Assembly: GCA_964016885.1 (NCBI GenBank) | Contig: OZ024750.1 | Span: 49,042,001-49,106,000 of the forward strand | Origin: Eledone cirrhosa | Lineage: Eukaryota | Length of the DNA: 64,000 nt | Reading direction: 5' to 3' | Shown here: piece after piece, positions 12,936 through 25,133 of the stretch | Layout of the letters: every line of letters starts with the position of its first letter | How positions within the stretch are numbered: the stretch's first letter is position 1 | Program-made: the position numbers and the translations under genes | The notes under the pieces: generated by a model | Told to the model about the DNA's origin: nothing | Databases searched by the model: none | What the model saw: only the letters and a program-made list of their open reading frames with translations

Positions 12936-13120
12936 TTGTTTCTACTTTAGGCACAAGGCCAGCAATAACACAGTTCATTACTGGTACTTTATTTTATCGA
13001 CCCCGTAAGGATGAAAGGCAAAGTCAACCTCGGCGGGATTTGAACTCAGATCGTAAAGGGACGTAACTATGCTGGAAAGCATGGCGTCCGACCCTCTACC
13101 GATACTGCCAATCCACCGCC
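12936..13120 (-). mobile_element. SINE family A
   Basis: Full-length reverse-complement copy; tttaatattt on both flanks. Confidence 0.92.
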
Positions 13121-13737
13121 TTTCTTTAATATTTCGCTAATCTTTAATATTATGTTGGTATCTCCTGAGCAGTTGACGTCCACTACTGTGCATGCCTTCT
13201 TTTCCCTGTCTCATATATATCTGGTCTCTTTTGCCTACATTTTATTTGGGTTTTTACTGGAACATTCCACCAGTACACTTTCATATTATATATATGAATG
13301 TCTTCCACATTGCTGTAGATTTTAATGTGTTTATTATCGCGGTTATATTTTCTACAGTTTAAATTGTGTAATGTTTTGTCCACATTATGCCTCATAGGTA
13401 TATAGTACAGTGATGACATATTTGGATAGCTGATTATGACATGGGTGATATCTTTGCTATCAATTCTACAGAGTCTGAATTTGTTGTCACATCGAGTTGT
13501 TTTTTTTTTCATGCAAACCTATCTCTTTTCTGAATCAGGTATTTTGTGGTGATTTCCAGTTTGGGGTTCGAAATGATACCCAATATAGCGGTTGTTGATC
13601 CACGATAGAATACTTTGCTTTTCTATATTACTCTCACCCAGGAGCTTCCTGGCAGCTTACCCATTCATGATATTTTGCAAGTAAGCATGTAGTTTTTCAT
13701 GCATGGATTCCTCGCAGTATTGCTGGGCGATAAAAAG

Positions 13738-13921
13738 GGCGGTGGATTGGCAGTATCGGTAGAGGGTCGGACGCCATGCTTTCCAGCATAGTTACGTCCC
13801 TTTACGATCTGAGTTCAAATCCCGCCGAGGTTGACGTTGCCTTTCATGCTTACGGGGTCGATAACATAATGTACCAGTAATGCACTGGGTAATTGCTGGC
13901 CTTGTGCCTAAAGTAGAAACA
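13738..13921 (+). mobile_element. SINE family A with about 18-bp TSD
   Basis: agtattgctgggcgataa on both flanks. Confidence 0.93.
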
Positions 13922-14054
13922 AGTATTGCTGGGCGATAACCATGGATGTGAGTTTTTGATTATCATGCTTGGAGTATCTTTCAAGGTGTTCCTTTCCAAC
14001 TCTCATAATCTCATCTCCATCAAGCAGAAAGTGTTGCTCAATAGATGGCCTCCT

Positions 14055-14335
14055 ACGCTATGTATCTATATGCGTGTGTGTGTATGTCTGTATGTATGTA
14101 CGTATGTATGTGTGCGTATCTATGTATGTATGTGTACGTATATATGTAAGTGTGCGTATGTATGTCTTATGTAAGTGTGTGTATGTATTTATGCGTGCGT
14201 GTGTATGTATGTGTGTATATATGTATGCATGTAGGCAGGTATGTGTGTATATGTATGTGTATGTATGTGTGTGTGAATGTATGTATTATGTAGGTGTGTG
14301 TATGTGTGTACGTCTTTGTGTGTGTATATGTATGA
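14055..14335. repeat. Degenerate (GT)/(GTAT)n low-complexity tract
   Basis: Direct reading. Confidence 0.9.
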
Positions 14336-14747
14336 AACGAAAGCAGTCGTTTGGTCAGAATAGATTTTGAACATAATACAATGGGAGTTATGTAAATTGT
14401 TTCTAGTGGAAGGAAGATATAGCCTCTTTTATTGGCCCATTAGAGACTTCTACACATTTAACTGCTGGTGTTTCTGACAGATTTAGTGTGATAAAGAATG
14501 AAATAGTGAGTGGGAGTGAGAGTATGGTTAAAAGATTGAAAGAATAAGATACAGGAAGGACTAATCAGACCGAATACTAGTTTCGTACAATTTTAAGGGG
14601 CGTCGAATTAAAGAAAGGTGGGAATCAAACTCTAAGCACAGACCATTGAAACGAATATGGTTGATGTATTTCGGACTTTAGAACTATGAAATTTCTATAC
14701 ATATTCTCGCTAGTTTTCAAGTCCAGCAGTCGCAAGTGGGGTAGGGA

Positions 14748-14789
14748 TCGTCCTCATGAGGACCAGTTAAGTTCTAAATGCATCGACGA
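14748..14789 (+). ncRNA. Degenerate minimal hammerhead with two core mutations
   Basis: tcgtc CTcATGA ggac-cagttaa-gttc tAAA tgca TC gacga. All three stems pair; the core deviates at two positions. Confidence 0.5.
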
Positions 14790-14942
14790 ATGTCAACCCA
14801 TGCTTCTGTTGGACACCACCGGAGGGCGTCAGCCCCGGTGTTTTTTTATAACTACGGCTTTCCAAATATTTACCTGTAAACATACCGTGTTTCTTTAGAA
14901 ATACAAAATTTCTGTACATATCTGTATACAGCTATGCAATTC

Positions 14943-14946
<4 letters not shown>

Positions 14947-15031
<85 letters not shown>
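14947..15031. repeat. (CA)n(TA)n microsatellite
   Basis: Direct reading. Confidence 0.95.
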
Positions 15032-15035
<4 letters not shown>

Positions 15036-15127
15036 GATATACAGGAAAAACAAACATTAGGCGTGAAGAATGTTGTCTAAAGTCCGTTCTTTAACATGTT
15101 TCAATACAATATAAGTCTATATAATAC

Positions 15128-15198
15128 TTGTTTCTACTTTAGGCACAAGGCCAGCAATTACCCAGAGTGCATACTGGTACTTTATTTTATCGACCCCA
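15128..15198 (-). mobile_element. SINE family A, 5'-truncated
   Basis: Only the tail and part of the central domain; ataagtctatataatact duplicated on both sides. Confidence 0.85.
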
Positions 15199-15461
15199 TA
15201 AGTCTATATAATACTGTTGCCTAATAATATTATATTTTGCCCATTCACTAGCAATACATTAAATATTGCTTTTCTTCAGAAATATTTCAAAAAGATTTCA
15301 AATGACGAGCTAAGCTTGTCGCATCTTGCAGTACAAATATTTCTACTGCTATCCGCTCTGAATAAAAAGCAACTAGACTAAGAAAAGTTATAGAAAAGAT
15401 ATAATTTGAAGAGACAGAATGAGTGCGACATAAGTAATAAACAAATAAAAATGTTGAAATA

Positions 15462-15638
15462 ATTGTTTCTACCTTTGACAGCAATTATTCAGTGTATTAC
15501 TGGTATTTTGTTTTATCGACCCCGTAAGGATGAAAGGCAAAGTTAACCTCGACGGGATTTGAACTCAGACCGTAAAGTGACGTAACTATACTGGAAAGCA
15601 CGGCGTCCGACTCTCTTCCGATACTCCCAATCCACCGC
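15462..15638 (-). mobile_element. SINE family A (first of a tandem pair)
   Basis: Reverse-complement copy with a short deletion in the tail. Confidence 0.9.
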
Positions 15639-15650
15639 ACTGATGAAATA

Positions 15651-15835
15651 ATTGTTTCTACTTTAGGCACAAGCCCAGCAATTACCCAGTACATTGGTGG
15701 TAATTTATTTTATCGACCCCGTAAGGATGAAAGGAAAAGTCAGCCTCGGCGGGATTTGAATTCAGATCGTAAAGGGACGTAACTATGCTGGAAAGCATGG
15801 CGTCGACCCTCTACCGATACTCCCAATCCACCGCC
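15651..15835 (-). mobile_element. SINE family A (second of a tandem pair)
   Basis: Reverse-complement copy; ctgatgaaataat on both flanks. Confidence 0.9.
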
Positions 15836-16418
15836 CTGATGAAATAATGATGAAATAATAAAAAATAAAACAAATGCTGGCACAAACAGTGATGATCAAA
15901 ATGGCATCAGAAGACAGCGAGCAGCCGCCAGTGGTTAAATGAGGAAAAATACACAAGGAGGGTGGCAGGCACCTGAAATATAGAAAATATTGAAAGACGA
16001 CAAAGACAGGGTGAAGTGTATATTAGGAGTTTACCCTGATAGATGTACACTCACATCTCATTGACCGACACGAGGCTACAGTTGGAGACAATTGCCCAGA
16101 AACATATGGTTGTGGAGAGATATTCTTAGACACACATATATATATATATAAGCTAAATTTAACACCCTTCTAGCGGGTCCGGGTAAGTTTTTTACATTTA
16201 TTTAAATTATTGATTTATTGATATTTTATTTGAGTGACCCGAATCTTCCTGGTCGTTCTTTTTCGGCTGTACGGGTGATTTTAGGCATAATATCTATGTG
16301 TTGGTAATTTAACGATGGTTATAGCTCTGATTTATCCAAATTATTGAGCCCTCTGCCACTCATATCGGATATTGTTTATCGTTAATTCGTGAGCTGATTT
16401 TCCGATACTCGATTATTC

Positions 16419-16421
<3 letters not shown>

Positions 16422-16487
<66 letters not shown>
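16422..16487. repeat. (TA)n microsatellite
   Basis: Direct reading. Confidence 0.97.
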
Positions 16488-16489
<2 letters not shown>

Positions 16490-16490
<1 letters not shown>

Positions 16491-18045
16491 ATGAATATAA
16501 AATGAAAGTGCTTTTTTTAAAAAAGGAATTTATTAGGTATTGACATATGTTTCTGTAACAGACGTAATACCTATGTATCGCTGCTTGCGTAATCATATAA
16601 TGTTAGCAAGTATTCGATAGCAAATGTATAATCAGTTGTCACTTCTTCAGAGATTTTGGATAAACTGGATAAAATCAGAAAAATTGAAGTATTTATATTA
16701 GTAATAGAGGAAGAAACAGAGGGGATAGTATATGACAGATGGTAAATTAATTTACTGCTAAACAAGTATATAATGGGTTTCTAATGAGAATACCATGAGT
16801 AAATCTAAATAAGAATTTTGGGAGTGCCAATTTTAATCTCTACTTGACCAACTGGACAGTGGACAGGGCTGGTTATTTGGTGCAGTAGTATTAATTATAA
16901 AGTGTCAATTGGGGAAGGGGGAGATTTCGATTGCTACTAAATAACATCAATGCTAGTAGCCAGCTTGTATATGCATTAGGGAATTGAATCAAGAAATCAG
17001 AAATCTCATTTTATCTATAGCAGTTTGTATTAAAAGGTAAATAATAGAAGAGTTGATAGAATTAAGACTAATAAAGAATGTTAATATCTATTTTGACAAT
17101 CAAATGGGGATAGAGACAGGCGTTCAATCCTGGTAGTATTTATAGTATGAAAATGTAGATTTTAAGCGATGGTTACAGTATAACGATCGCTCTATTCTGT
17201 TATTCAATAAAATGTTTTTGGATTTCATAATACAAAATAATTCCACATTACATAATTTACAAAATTCCTGTCCATGGGATTATGGGGGGGGGGGGGGGGG
17301 GGCAGCCGCTATTATATCCCATTTTAGGTTGTTGGTTATTTTCACGCAGCTGCCAAGCCTTGTCTGCGAGTGTTGTTACATAACGCTGGTTTTCATGTTT
17401 TATCGAGTAACGATGTCTATAAAGGCGTGATTTGAAGGAGGTGGCTGTAGATCCCACATAGTACCACTTCTGTCTATCTGATTCGATAGTACATTTGTAT
17501 ACGATGTTGCGTTCAAGGCACTGATTGTTCAACGGACACATTCCTGGTTGGACACAGTTGCAATTATAATTTTGCGTTGTTGTATTGCCATGGATGGGTT
17601 GATGAGGTTGCTTATGTAGGACAGGATGTTGTTTGTTGTTTTGTGATTTTATAGCTAATGTTTTACGTGTATTGTTATGTGTTGGAAGGCGTTTATACAA
17701 CCGTTTTGCGTTAAGCTTTTTTATATGTCGTTCAATATTAGGGGCGGTTGAATATGAAAGTCGAATAGTGTTAGCGTTTAAGATTTTATTATATTTATGT
17801 GATGCTGGAAAGTGTTTTTTAACTAATCGAAAGAATTTTGAGGGTAGATTGGTTTTAATAGAGTTGTTATAGACCGGGTTGTACCAAATATACTCCTTAC
17901 ATCGCCTTCTGTTTGGTGGTGTGCGACTATTATTGTGTCTATTGCGGTAGTGTATGTATGGTGGTGATTCTGTGCTATTTCTACTCCTATGGGATTTATT
18001 TTATACTCGTTGAGCAAACCTGCACGTACGCTGTTCATCTCTAAC
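16490..18045 (-). mobile_element. Penelope-like element (Naiad-like) 3' fragment: linker, GIY-YIG and 3' UTR
   Basis: ORF 17257-17700 has CNCVQPGMCPLNNQCLERNIVYKC..YYVGSTATSFKSRLYRH; IWYNPVY lies upstream. Bounded by (TA)n on both sides. Confidence 0.8.
16536..16656 (-). ncRNA. Hammerhead-like motif with about 90-nt stem II domain; stem I not evident
   Basis: Minus strand: CTGAAGA a gtgaca...tgttac a GAAA catatg TC, in the position expected for a PLE 3' pLTR. Confidence 0.5.
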
Positions 18046-18082
18046 GTAACGATATATTATCACTACATTATTGATAACCTGA

Positions 18083-18133
<51 letters not shown>

Positions 18134-18138
<5 letters not shown>

Positions 18139-18350
18139 TTCGTGCGTTCGTGCCGTTTGTTATTTCCGTGACTCTAGAAGTGGAGATCTGGTGTCCTTCG
18201 CCCGAGGGCTGCCTCCCTACTCACCCTCATAGGCGCTGAGCTGTCTAGCCGTAGTTCTGAGCCTTGCGTGATTGAATGGCTCTTCCAGCGCATATTCCTT
18301 ACCAACCTCCGAGGAAACGCCGTCTCCATTCTGTCCGCCGGAACCATGGG
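18134..18350 (+). mobile_element. CRE-like non-LTR retrotransposon, extreme 3' remnant
   Basis: EWLFQRIFLTNLRGNAVSIL resembles the QR.S.A.QRGNA.S.L end of restriction-like endonuclease ORFs. Directly follows (TA)n 18088-18133. Confidence 0.55.
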
Positions 18351-18680
18351 GCGATCAACACGTTTGACCCCATTTGCTCATAATACAGAGATATGGGGGG
18401 GGGGGCGAGAGAGAAGAAGGCTATGTCAGTGGGAGTTCGGTTCTTCCGTGATCGGACACATTTATAGAGGATTATTAGGCCTCCACTACGAAGCTACTGA
18501 CCATATCATCCGTATATGGACAAAAATAATTTAACTAAACATTTCATACAAAGGTAACAGTCATTCTCAAGGTGTTACCTTTACCTTTCATTAACTTACA
18601 TTACCTATACCTGTCTACCCATGTATTATTTCATCTGTTGTGTTGTTTCTCTCTTTATATATGTATCCAGTATGTTTATT

Positions 18681-19451
18681 CAACCTTTCTGTATTTAGAA
18701 TTGTTGTGATATATGTGACGCAGCTGCCTACGGTTGTTTTTTTAATTATATTTTATTCATGGTGTCACAGTTTTCAACAGTTGTTATTACTCTGAACGAT
18801 ATATATTATCTATTCCTTCCATTGAATGATTTGTGATTCTGTCAATCAGCTCACTCCGTATCTGCTAAATTGCAGCTACAATTTCGGACCATATATAATA
18901 TATTTAGTCTGTTAGATTCATGTATACGATCGATAACGTTTTAGTTATATTTTGCTTACAAACACTAGTTGGGAGTTGGGGGCTTTTATCTCCAGGTTGT
19001 ATGAATCCTTTCTTCTCACACCCGGAAAATAACCATAAAACTTCGGCCAGCTTAAACTTCTTCTTTTGAAAATGGTCACGGGATGATAAAGGCATAATTT
19101 CTACTACGGGTAAAATACCTCTGTCGTCAGACCGAAATTTGTATTCGATGGAACAAAACCTACCGATGAGGGAAATGCGCACATGTATTGCTTGTATATT
19201 ATGCAACTGGTTATATACATTCCGGGGGTTCCAGAAACCTATCTGAGATTTGTTATATATTGTATCGATTATAATCAACAAGAGAACATACAGGTTTCTG
19301 TATAACCTTTCTGTATTTAACGGTGTCGTGGTACATGGATGGCCGCTGCCTTTGGTCGTTTTATCTTGGTGTCACACTTTTAACTGTTGTGTTTACACTG
19401 GACGATAATGTATCGGCTATTCCCTCTAGTGAGTTGCTTTGTGATTCCCTC
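18681..19451. repeat. Diverged direct repeats of about 150-165 bp (18681-18843 and 19305-19451)
   Basis: Shared blocks in the same order: aacctttctgtattta, gctgcct, ggtgtcaca, ctattcc, tttgtgattc. Confidence 0.6.
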
Positions 19452-20407
19452 AAACAATTCGAATAATACCTGTTATATATATATAATATGAAATTACTTG
19501 GAGCGGATTGCTTCGCCCCGGGCCTAATCATAACTATTAGCTGTATCATGCCTCCCTCTACTGGCACTTAAAGTAATCCCCCTCCTGTGTAAATTAATAG
19601 TACTCGTTTGGTATAACGATGGCCTAACGACGATGGCTGACTTCTCACTAGCACACGCGAAGCCTAGAACAGTTACATTCCTTGAGTGTTCGGAAAAATT
19701 GATTTCCATATCTCTCGCTAGACGGTTGCACTCGGAATGGCTGGCACGTTGCTAGGATGGGCAGGCTGGAGTCTGCAGTTGTCGCGTGTGGTTTGACTGC
19801 TAAACAAAACGTTATCTTTACTCTATACCCCACCCTGAAAACTTATCGAGGATCTCTATAATACACTTAAATTGTTTTCATAAAATACTCTCTCTGTAAA
19901 TTCTTTAACTAATCTCGCAACTGAAACCATACATTTTTTTTTAACTGTTTAATTTTGAATTTTCAAATTTTTCTTTTATTTATAATTTTAATCTTTAATT
20001 TAATTTTTTTTATTTCATCCTATAAATCTAAATAATAATTTAACGTTCCAATTTTCAGTTCACACATCATACCATGCAACGCCCATTATATATACCTCTG
20101 TTATAATATATACATCTGTTAAGATATAGGTTCTTTAGAATAACATTTCTCGCGAAATTCCTAGCTTGATTTTAGCATGACATTAACGCTGACTTTTCTT
20201 CTTTCTGTCTTTTATTTCACTTTGACAGGGAGGTTAGTAGCACATTATAAGCATTCGCCCCCTCAACAGATAACCTTAAGTAGACCGAATAGCCAGCACT
20301 TGATGTCGACCGACTAAAGTGGAAGATGCTAGATGGTCGGTCGTCCGCGGGTCAATGATTTTCAGCCCCATGGATTTTATCCGTTACATGCATTTATTTT
20401 ATTTCGA

Positions 20408-20465
20408 ATACCTGATGATATCACCGGATTCATACGGGACCCGGTCATTGAAATGATCATAGTAT
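20408..20465 (+). ncRNA. Type I hammerhead ribozyme
   Basis: atac CTGATGA tatc accgg..ccggt catt GAAA tgatca TA gtat. Stem I AUAC/GUAU, stem II ACCGG/CCGGU, palindromic stem III, AUA site. Confidence 0.8.
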
Positions 20466-21249
20466 AATAAACCTTTCAAGGATTTACACAAATCCAGCCT
20501 CCTGTTATTTTATTATAATATTTAACTCCGTACTCGCACCACCAACTACACAAACGAAGACGGTTGAGCTGCTTTACGTTGAGTACTCTCCATATTATTA
20601 CTTCAAGATTGACCATACAGAATGACCAGCTCTATGCAGTGGTGAACCTTCAAACCTAAATATATATATATATATATATACAAATGGAAGTTCAGCATAA
20701 CCAAGTTCAGGCTGCAGCTGTGCTAACGATGCAATCGGAATGTGCAGCTAAGCAACCAATAAGGTATTATATCTTAGAGTAATAACATTACGTTTAGACA
20801 GCTTGGTAAATTGAAGATTGCAATCGGTAAGCCAGACGCAAGGAACAAAGCAACGAGAAAACCAACTCAAGATAATAATGATAAACCTGGACCATCGCGT
20901 CGATATTAAGCAATATCTCCGGTAGGTTTCTGTGAATTCGAAATCAACAAAATCCACTTGCGGGGTATGCAAGTTATTGGTTTTGCAAGATCGAACAGAG
21001 GGTTCACTTTCTCAACAGGTATCCATTCTATGCCGTTGCCTGGTGTGAGTTAAAGCAGTGACACTACTGGTGGTCACATGGTTTTCCCAAAGGAGGTAAC
21101 CCTCGGTATATATATATATATATATATAGGAATGAAAAATGGCGTGCCTCGTTGTTGCTAATGTGATTTATATGAATTAAAAAACAGAGCAAGAAAGAGG
21201 ACTGTCGATCATCAGTTATCTTCTGACTATCATCGGTATTTCTTCGCAT

Positions 21250-21253
<4 letters not shown>

Positions 21254-21315
<62 letters not shown>
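21254..21315. repeat. (TA)n microsatellite
   Basis: Direct reading. Confidence 0.97.
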
Positions 21316-21316
<1 letters not shown>

Positions 21317-21320
<4 letters not shown>

Positions 21321-21540
21321 AAGGGAAAATGGTACAGACCCATTCTGAGGCACAAGTGCGGACAAAGTTGTCTGTGGAAAATCAACGACCGTTACAGTTA
21401 GTCACCAGTGACATAACAACTCATTTCTATAGCTGAGTAAACTGAAGCAAAGCGAAATATATTGAATATATTCAAGGAGGCAACGGGTCAGCCTTTCGGG
21501 GTATTGAACTCACAACCTTCTGATTCCATGTAGAGGCTGA
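21317..21540 (-). mobile_element. Decayed CORE-type tRNA SINE
   Basis: gctgagtaaactgaagcaaagcgaaat..caaggaggcaac..attgaactcacaacctt is similar to 35634-35755. Confidence 0.6.
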
Positions 21541-22032
21541 ACTCAGTAAATTATTATATCAATAAACTGTCACCAATAATAGATAAGTTTATACGGTGTA
21601 TATGTTCTATATGGTTTGTATAATTTATCTACAAGAAATAGTTATGGAATGTCTAGTGGGAAACTCCCCGTCAGTTAAGGGTCGTGAAGAGAGTTACATA
21701 AGTAATAATCTTCAACAACACCGGACACTGCTGTGATATGACAATTGATGAAAATAGATAAGAGAAATGCCACAAACCCTTCTAAAATACGCATATAAAA
21801 ACATAACACATGCATACTTAAATAATCCAGCATATACACATGCATTCATATATGCATAGAAACAAACACACACACACACATACATAGACATACAGACGTA
21901 TATATATATATAGTATTTAGAAAAAGAAACACGCAAATCTTTAATGCGTTTTCCAACTAAAACGTATTAAATGCCCTCTGCTAAAGTTTCAACTTAATAA
22001 CAACAATACGGTTATTATTATTAATAAAATGA

Positions 22033-22143
<111 letters not shown>

Positions 22144-22329
22144 CTATACATAATACATGCATACGTTCATACATACATACATACATACATATTAAAATAC
22201 ATACATACATCGTGTCTGCCAACTCGTTTTCGAGTACGGCCCCTACTCTATATCCATGTAAGAGAACCCCTACCGATGCGCTGAACGAGTGTGACTTTGT
22301 AGTTCAGCCAGCGACTTGAAAACTCTGGT

Positions 22330-22805
22330 ACAAGCAGTAAACTTGTGACAATTATTGACACATACTGCTGGGTCAATGGTACCATGTGACGACAAGTGCA
22401 GAGAGATCTCCAGATATAAAGCAATGCCTGTGCCGCGAAGCTTTTATAGTGAGCAAAGGCACTGCACAAAGCCAGTCCCACTCTCTTAACCAAGATGATA
22501 TTTACCAAAAAGATGAACAAGACAACATCGTTGGATACCATCAGGGTTGCAGGTGTTATATCAGAGTTTTCCTTCACCTAGAATTCTGCCTTGACAAAGG
22601 CTAATGGGTCATCTCTCCCGGTCATTTTGGATGGCCATTGACTCTTAAAAGCTCCTTTGCGCTTTGACAGGTTTTGTTTTTACTCCTTCAGGATGTCCAA
22701 AGTCACCCTCCTCAACAAGAAACCTTGGTGGAGTTGCCAGTTTAGTCGCCAACGACCCGACCATGGGACAGGTTGTGCTGGGATACATGCTACCAGTAGC
22801 ACCAA
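22330..22805 (-). mobile_element. Probable 5' UTR remnant of an RTE-clade LINE
   Basis: Minus strand ctaggtgaaggaaaactctgatataacacc and gactaaactggcaac resemble remembered RTE/BovB 5' UTR motifs. No intact ORF. Confidence 0.4.
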
Positions 22806-22849
22806 CCTACATTCATACATACACACATAATACCTCAGAGAGTAAAGAA

Positions 22850-24060
22850 AATATGGTCATCAGCGTACAACAAATACATTGCCCACAATACTTATGCTGT
22901 ACCAATTCTAATGCCAACACTTGGCCTGCTGTACTGGTCATTGCAAGAACTAAGTGAAATGGATGTTAGAACTCGCAAACCTCTCAGTTTTACTGGGAAC
23001 TTTAACATCAATGGTGATGTGGATAGGCTATATCTCTCATGTGGCCGGGGTCTAAAATCCATATTAACATCATATGAGAAACGGATAGTAACACTGAAGC
23101 AACATCTTCAACAGAGGAAAAAGGTTGACAACCATCTTGCCCAGGTTTATGAGCATGAACAAAAAATATCATTAGAAGAGCCACTGATCTGGAGGAAAGA
23201 TATAGAATAAAGCCTGATATAAATCTCCCACCCAGAGAAATCGGAAGATCCTATGACCAATTTACAGAAAAATGTGTCCATGCATACTTGAGACGTAAAA
23301 CACAGACCATAGATGGGATAAACCACTCAAAAAGCCTGGCATGGAGTTCCGACAAGTTTATGACATCACACCTTGAGGGATATCTCTATGCAATACAGGA
23401 ACAAGAACTCCCTACCAAATATATGCTGCACAAAATGGGAGGGCCATCAGCTGACAATAAATGTAGGCTATGTAAAACAAAGATCGAGGATGTAAGCCAT
23501 ATTGTTGCCAGCTGCGAAAGAATGTCATATCGCTACTACCTCCCCATGAGACACGATGGGATAGCTAGAATCACCTGGAACGCACTTCAGGAAACAAAAT
23601 TAACAACAAACGAGGAAGAATATATTTAGACAGATGACACCAAGGAATAGTGGTGGAACCTGAAAATAAAAACTGCCACCAAATTAAAGCACAACGGGCC
23701 TGATATTGTTGTTTGGGACCACATATTGAAAACGTGTTCTGTTGTGGAGATCAGCTGCCTACTTGATGTAAATGTTGTCAGAAAAATACAGGAGAAGAAT
23801 GACATATACGGACCATTCATGAGGAGTTTACAAATCCAGTATCCAAGCTAGACCTTTAGTTTCATACCCACCCGCTTGGACCAAAGTACGACTGAACTTG
23901 GATTTGCGGACAAAGAGCGCCGCTCCCTAATTCATAGTCTACAAATGGCTGCGATAGCTAGCACCTTCAAAATTTGCAAAATATTATTGCGATTCATGGG
24001 ATGACAATTTATTTTCTTTTACAACCTTGCCACCAGGAAGGTAGCCAGTCAAAAAAAATA
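22850..24060 (+). mobile_element. Decayed R4/Dong-like element, 3' third
   Basis: DVRTRK..DVDRLYL..GRGLKS; EGYLYAIQEQ; CRLCKTKIEDVSHIVASC..RHD; HNGPDIVVWD..VEISC (restriction-like endonuclease). Confidence 0.8.
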
Positions 24061-24565
24061 TACTCGAAATTAAGAGAAAGAGATAACACACATACATTTA
24101 CATAAATACAATGTTCGTTTTGAACCTTGCAAAATCCGATCAAAATCAAACGAAATCCCTTTGTCCCCATCATTATTCTGATTTTACGCTGAGAACTAAA
24201 GTAATTATATTTTGAAAAGTAAATTGAATTTTATTCATACAAAAGACCGTTGGGGTATTCCCACGTTGTATTCCGTTAATATCAACATTGATATATAAAA
24301 AAATGCGTAGCATAACTCTGAAGTGCTCTGATACATGGTAGTTTTTTTCGTTTATTGTATAGTTTTTTACTTATCAATCAATTACAAATTATCACATAAT
24401 CATATACGTCATATTTCATTACATTGAAAAGTAAACAATAAAACAAAGTAAGAAATGAAGATGATTTATCATATTTCGTTTGAATGCTATTCTCACAAGG
24501 GACGTCATTAGAAGAAACTTCCCTTAAAGGTGCGTGAAATCTATCTATTTCTCCCTCAGTTTATA

Positions 24566-24600
<35 letters not shown>

Positions 24601-24674
24601 TAATAAATCAACAGAAAATAAAAAAAAGAGTCAGTACGAATGATAATGTATTTAGTTTCACGCTTGCGTATTAT

Positions 24675-24830
24675 ATATATAAATTTATATATATATATAT
24701 ATGTGTGTGTGTATGTATGCATGTATGTATGTACATATGTGTGAATGTGTGTATGTATGTATGTATGTATGTATGTATGTATGTATGTATGTATGTATGT
24801 ATGTGTGTATGTATGTGTGTGTGTGTGTCC
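24675..24830. repeat. (TA)/(GTAT)n microsatellite
   Basis: Direct reading. Confidence 0.93.
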
Positions 24831-25097
24831 GTAAGTATTTCTGTATGTATATAAGTAGGTAGGTGGCAATGTGTATATTTATATATTTATGTGTATATTT
24901 ATATATGTGGGACAGAGTGAAGTTCTGTAAAAATGGTAAAATAATATGTATTGGAACGATTCACATTATACATTTCTGTACATTTAACACACATACGTAT
25001 ATATATGTATGTAAAAGCTAAACAGAAATAACAACACAATCGGTACAGTATATGGAAGGTATATATTAGGTTAACGCTTGATATAGCAGGAAGAGGG

Positions 25098-25133
25098 TAT
25101 TAACGTTTCGGACGCTAGTTCTTCATCAGAAGA
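25098..25133 (-). ncRNA. Minimal hammerhead-like core
   Basis: Minus strand: CTGATGA agaactagcgtcc GAAA cgtta. Stem II imperfect; stem I not found. Confidence 0.45.

Larger units (their letters stand above)
12560..13990 (-). mobile_element. Decayed R4/Dong-like 3' region (Zn finger plus restriction-like endonuclease), split by two SINEs, with a 201-bp tandem duplication
   Basis: ORF 13183-13512 has DNKFRLCRIDSKDITHVIIS..YYIPMRHN..WWNVPVKT..RPDI, paralleling 23288-23820. Segment 12611-12811 repeats from 12812. Confidence 0.65.

Noticed and set aside
16570-16600. SECIS-like ATGA..GA motif in the PLE 3' UTR (minus strand)
   Set aside because: The helix between the GA pairs is far too short for a eukaryotic SECIS.
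21190-21235. ctgatga on the minus strand as another hammerhead
   Set aside because: No downstream GAAA or stems at a suitable distance.
22735-22805. Possible HDV-like ribozyme in the RTE-like 5' UTR (gtcg-ttgg-cgac-taaa-ctgg)
   Set aside because: P4- and P2-like pieces exist but P1 and P3 could not be paired by hand.
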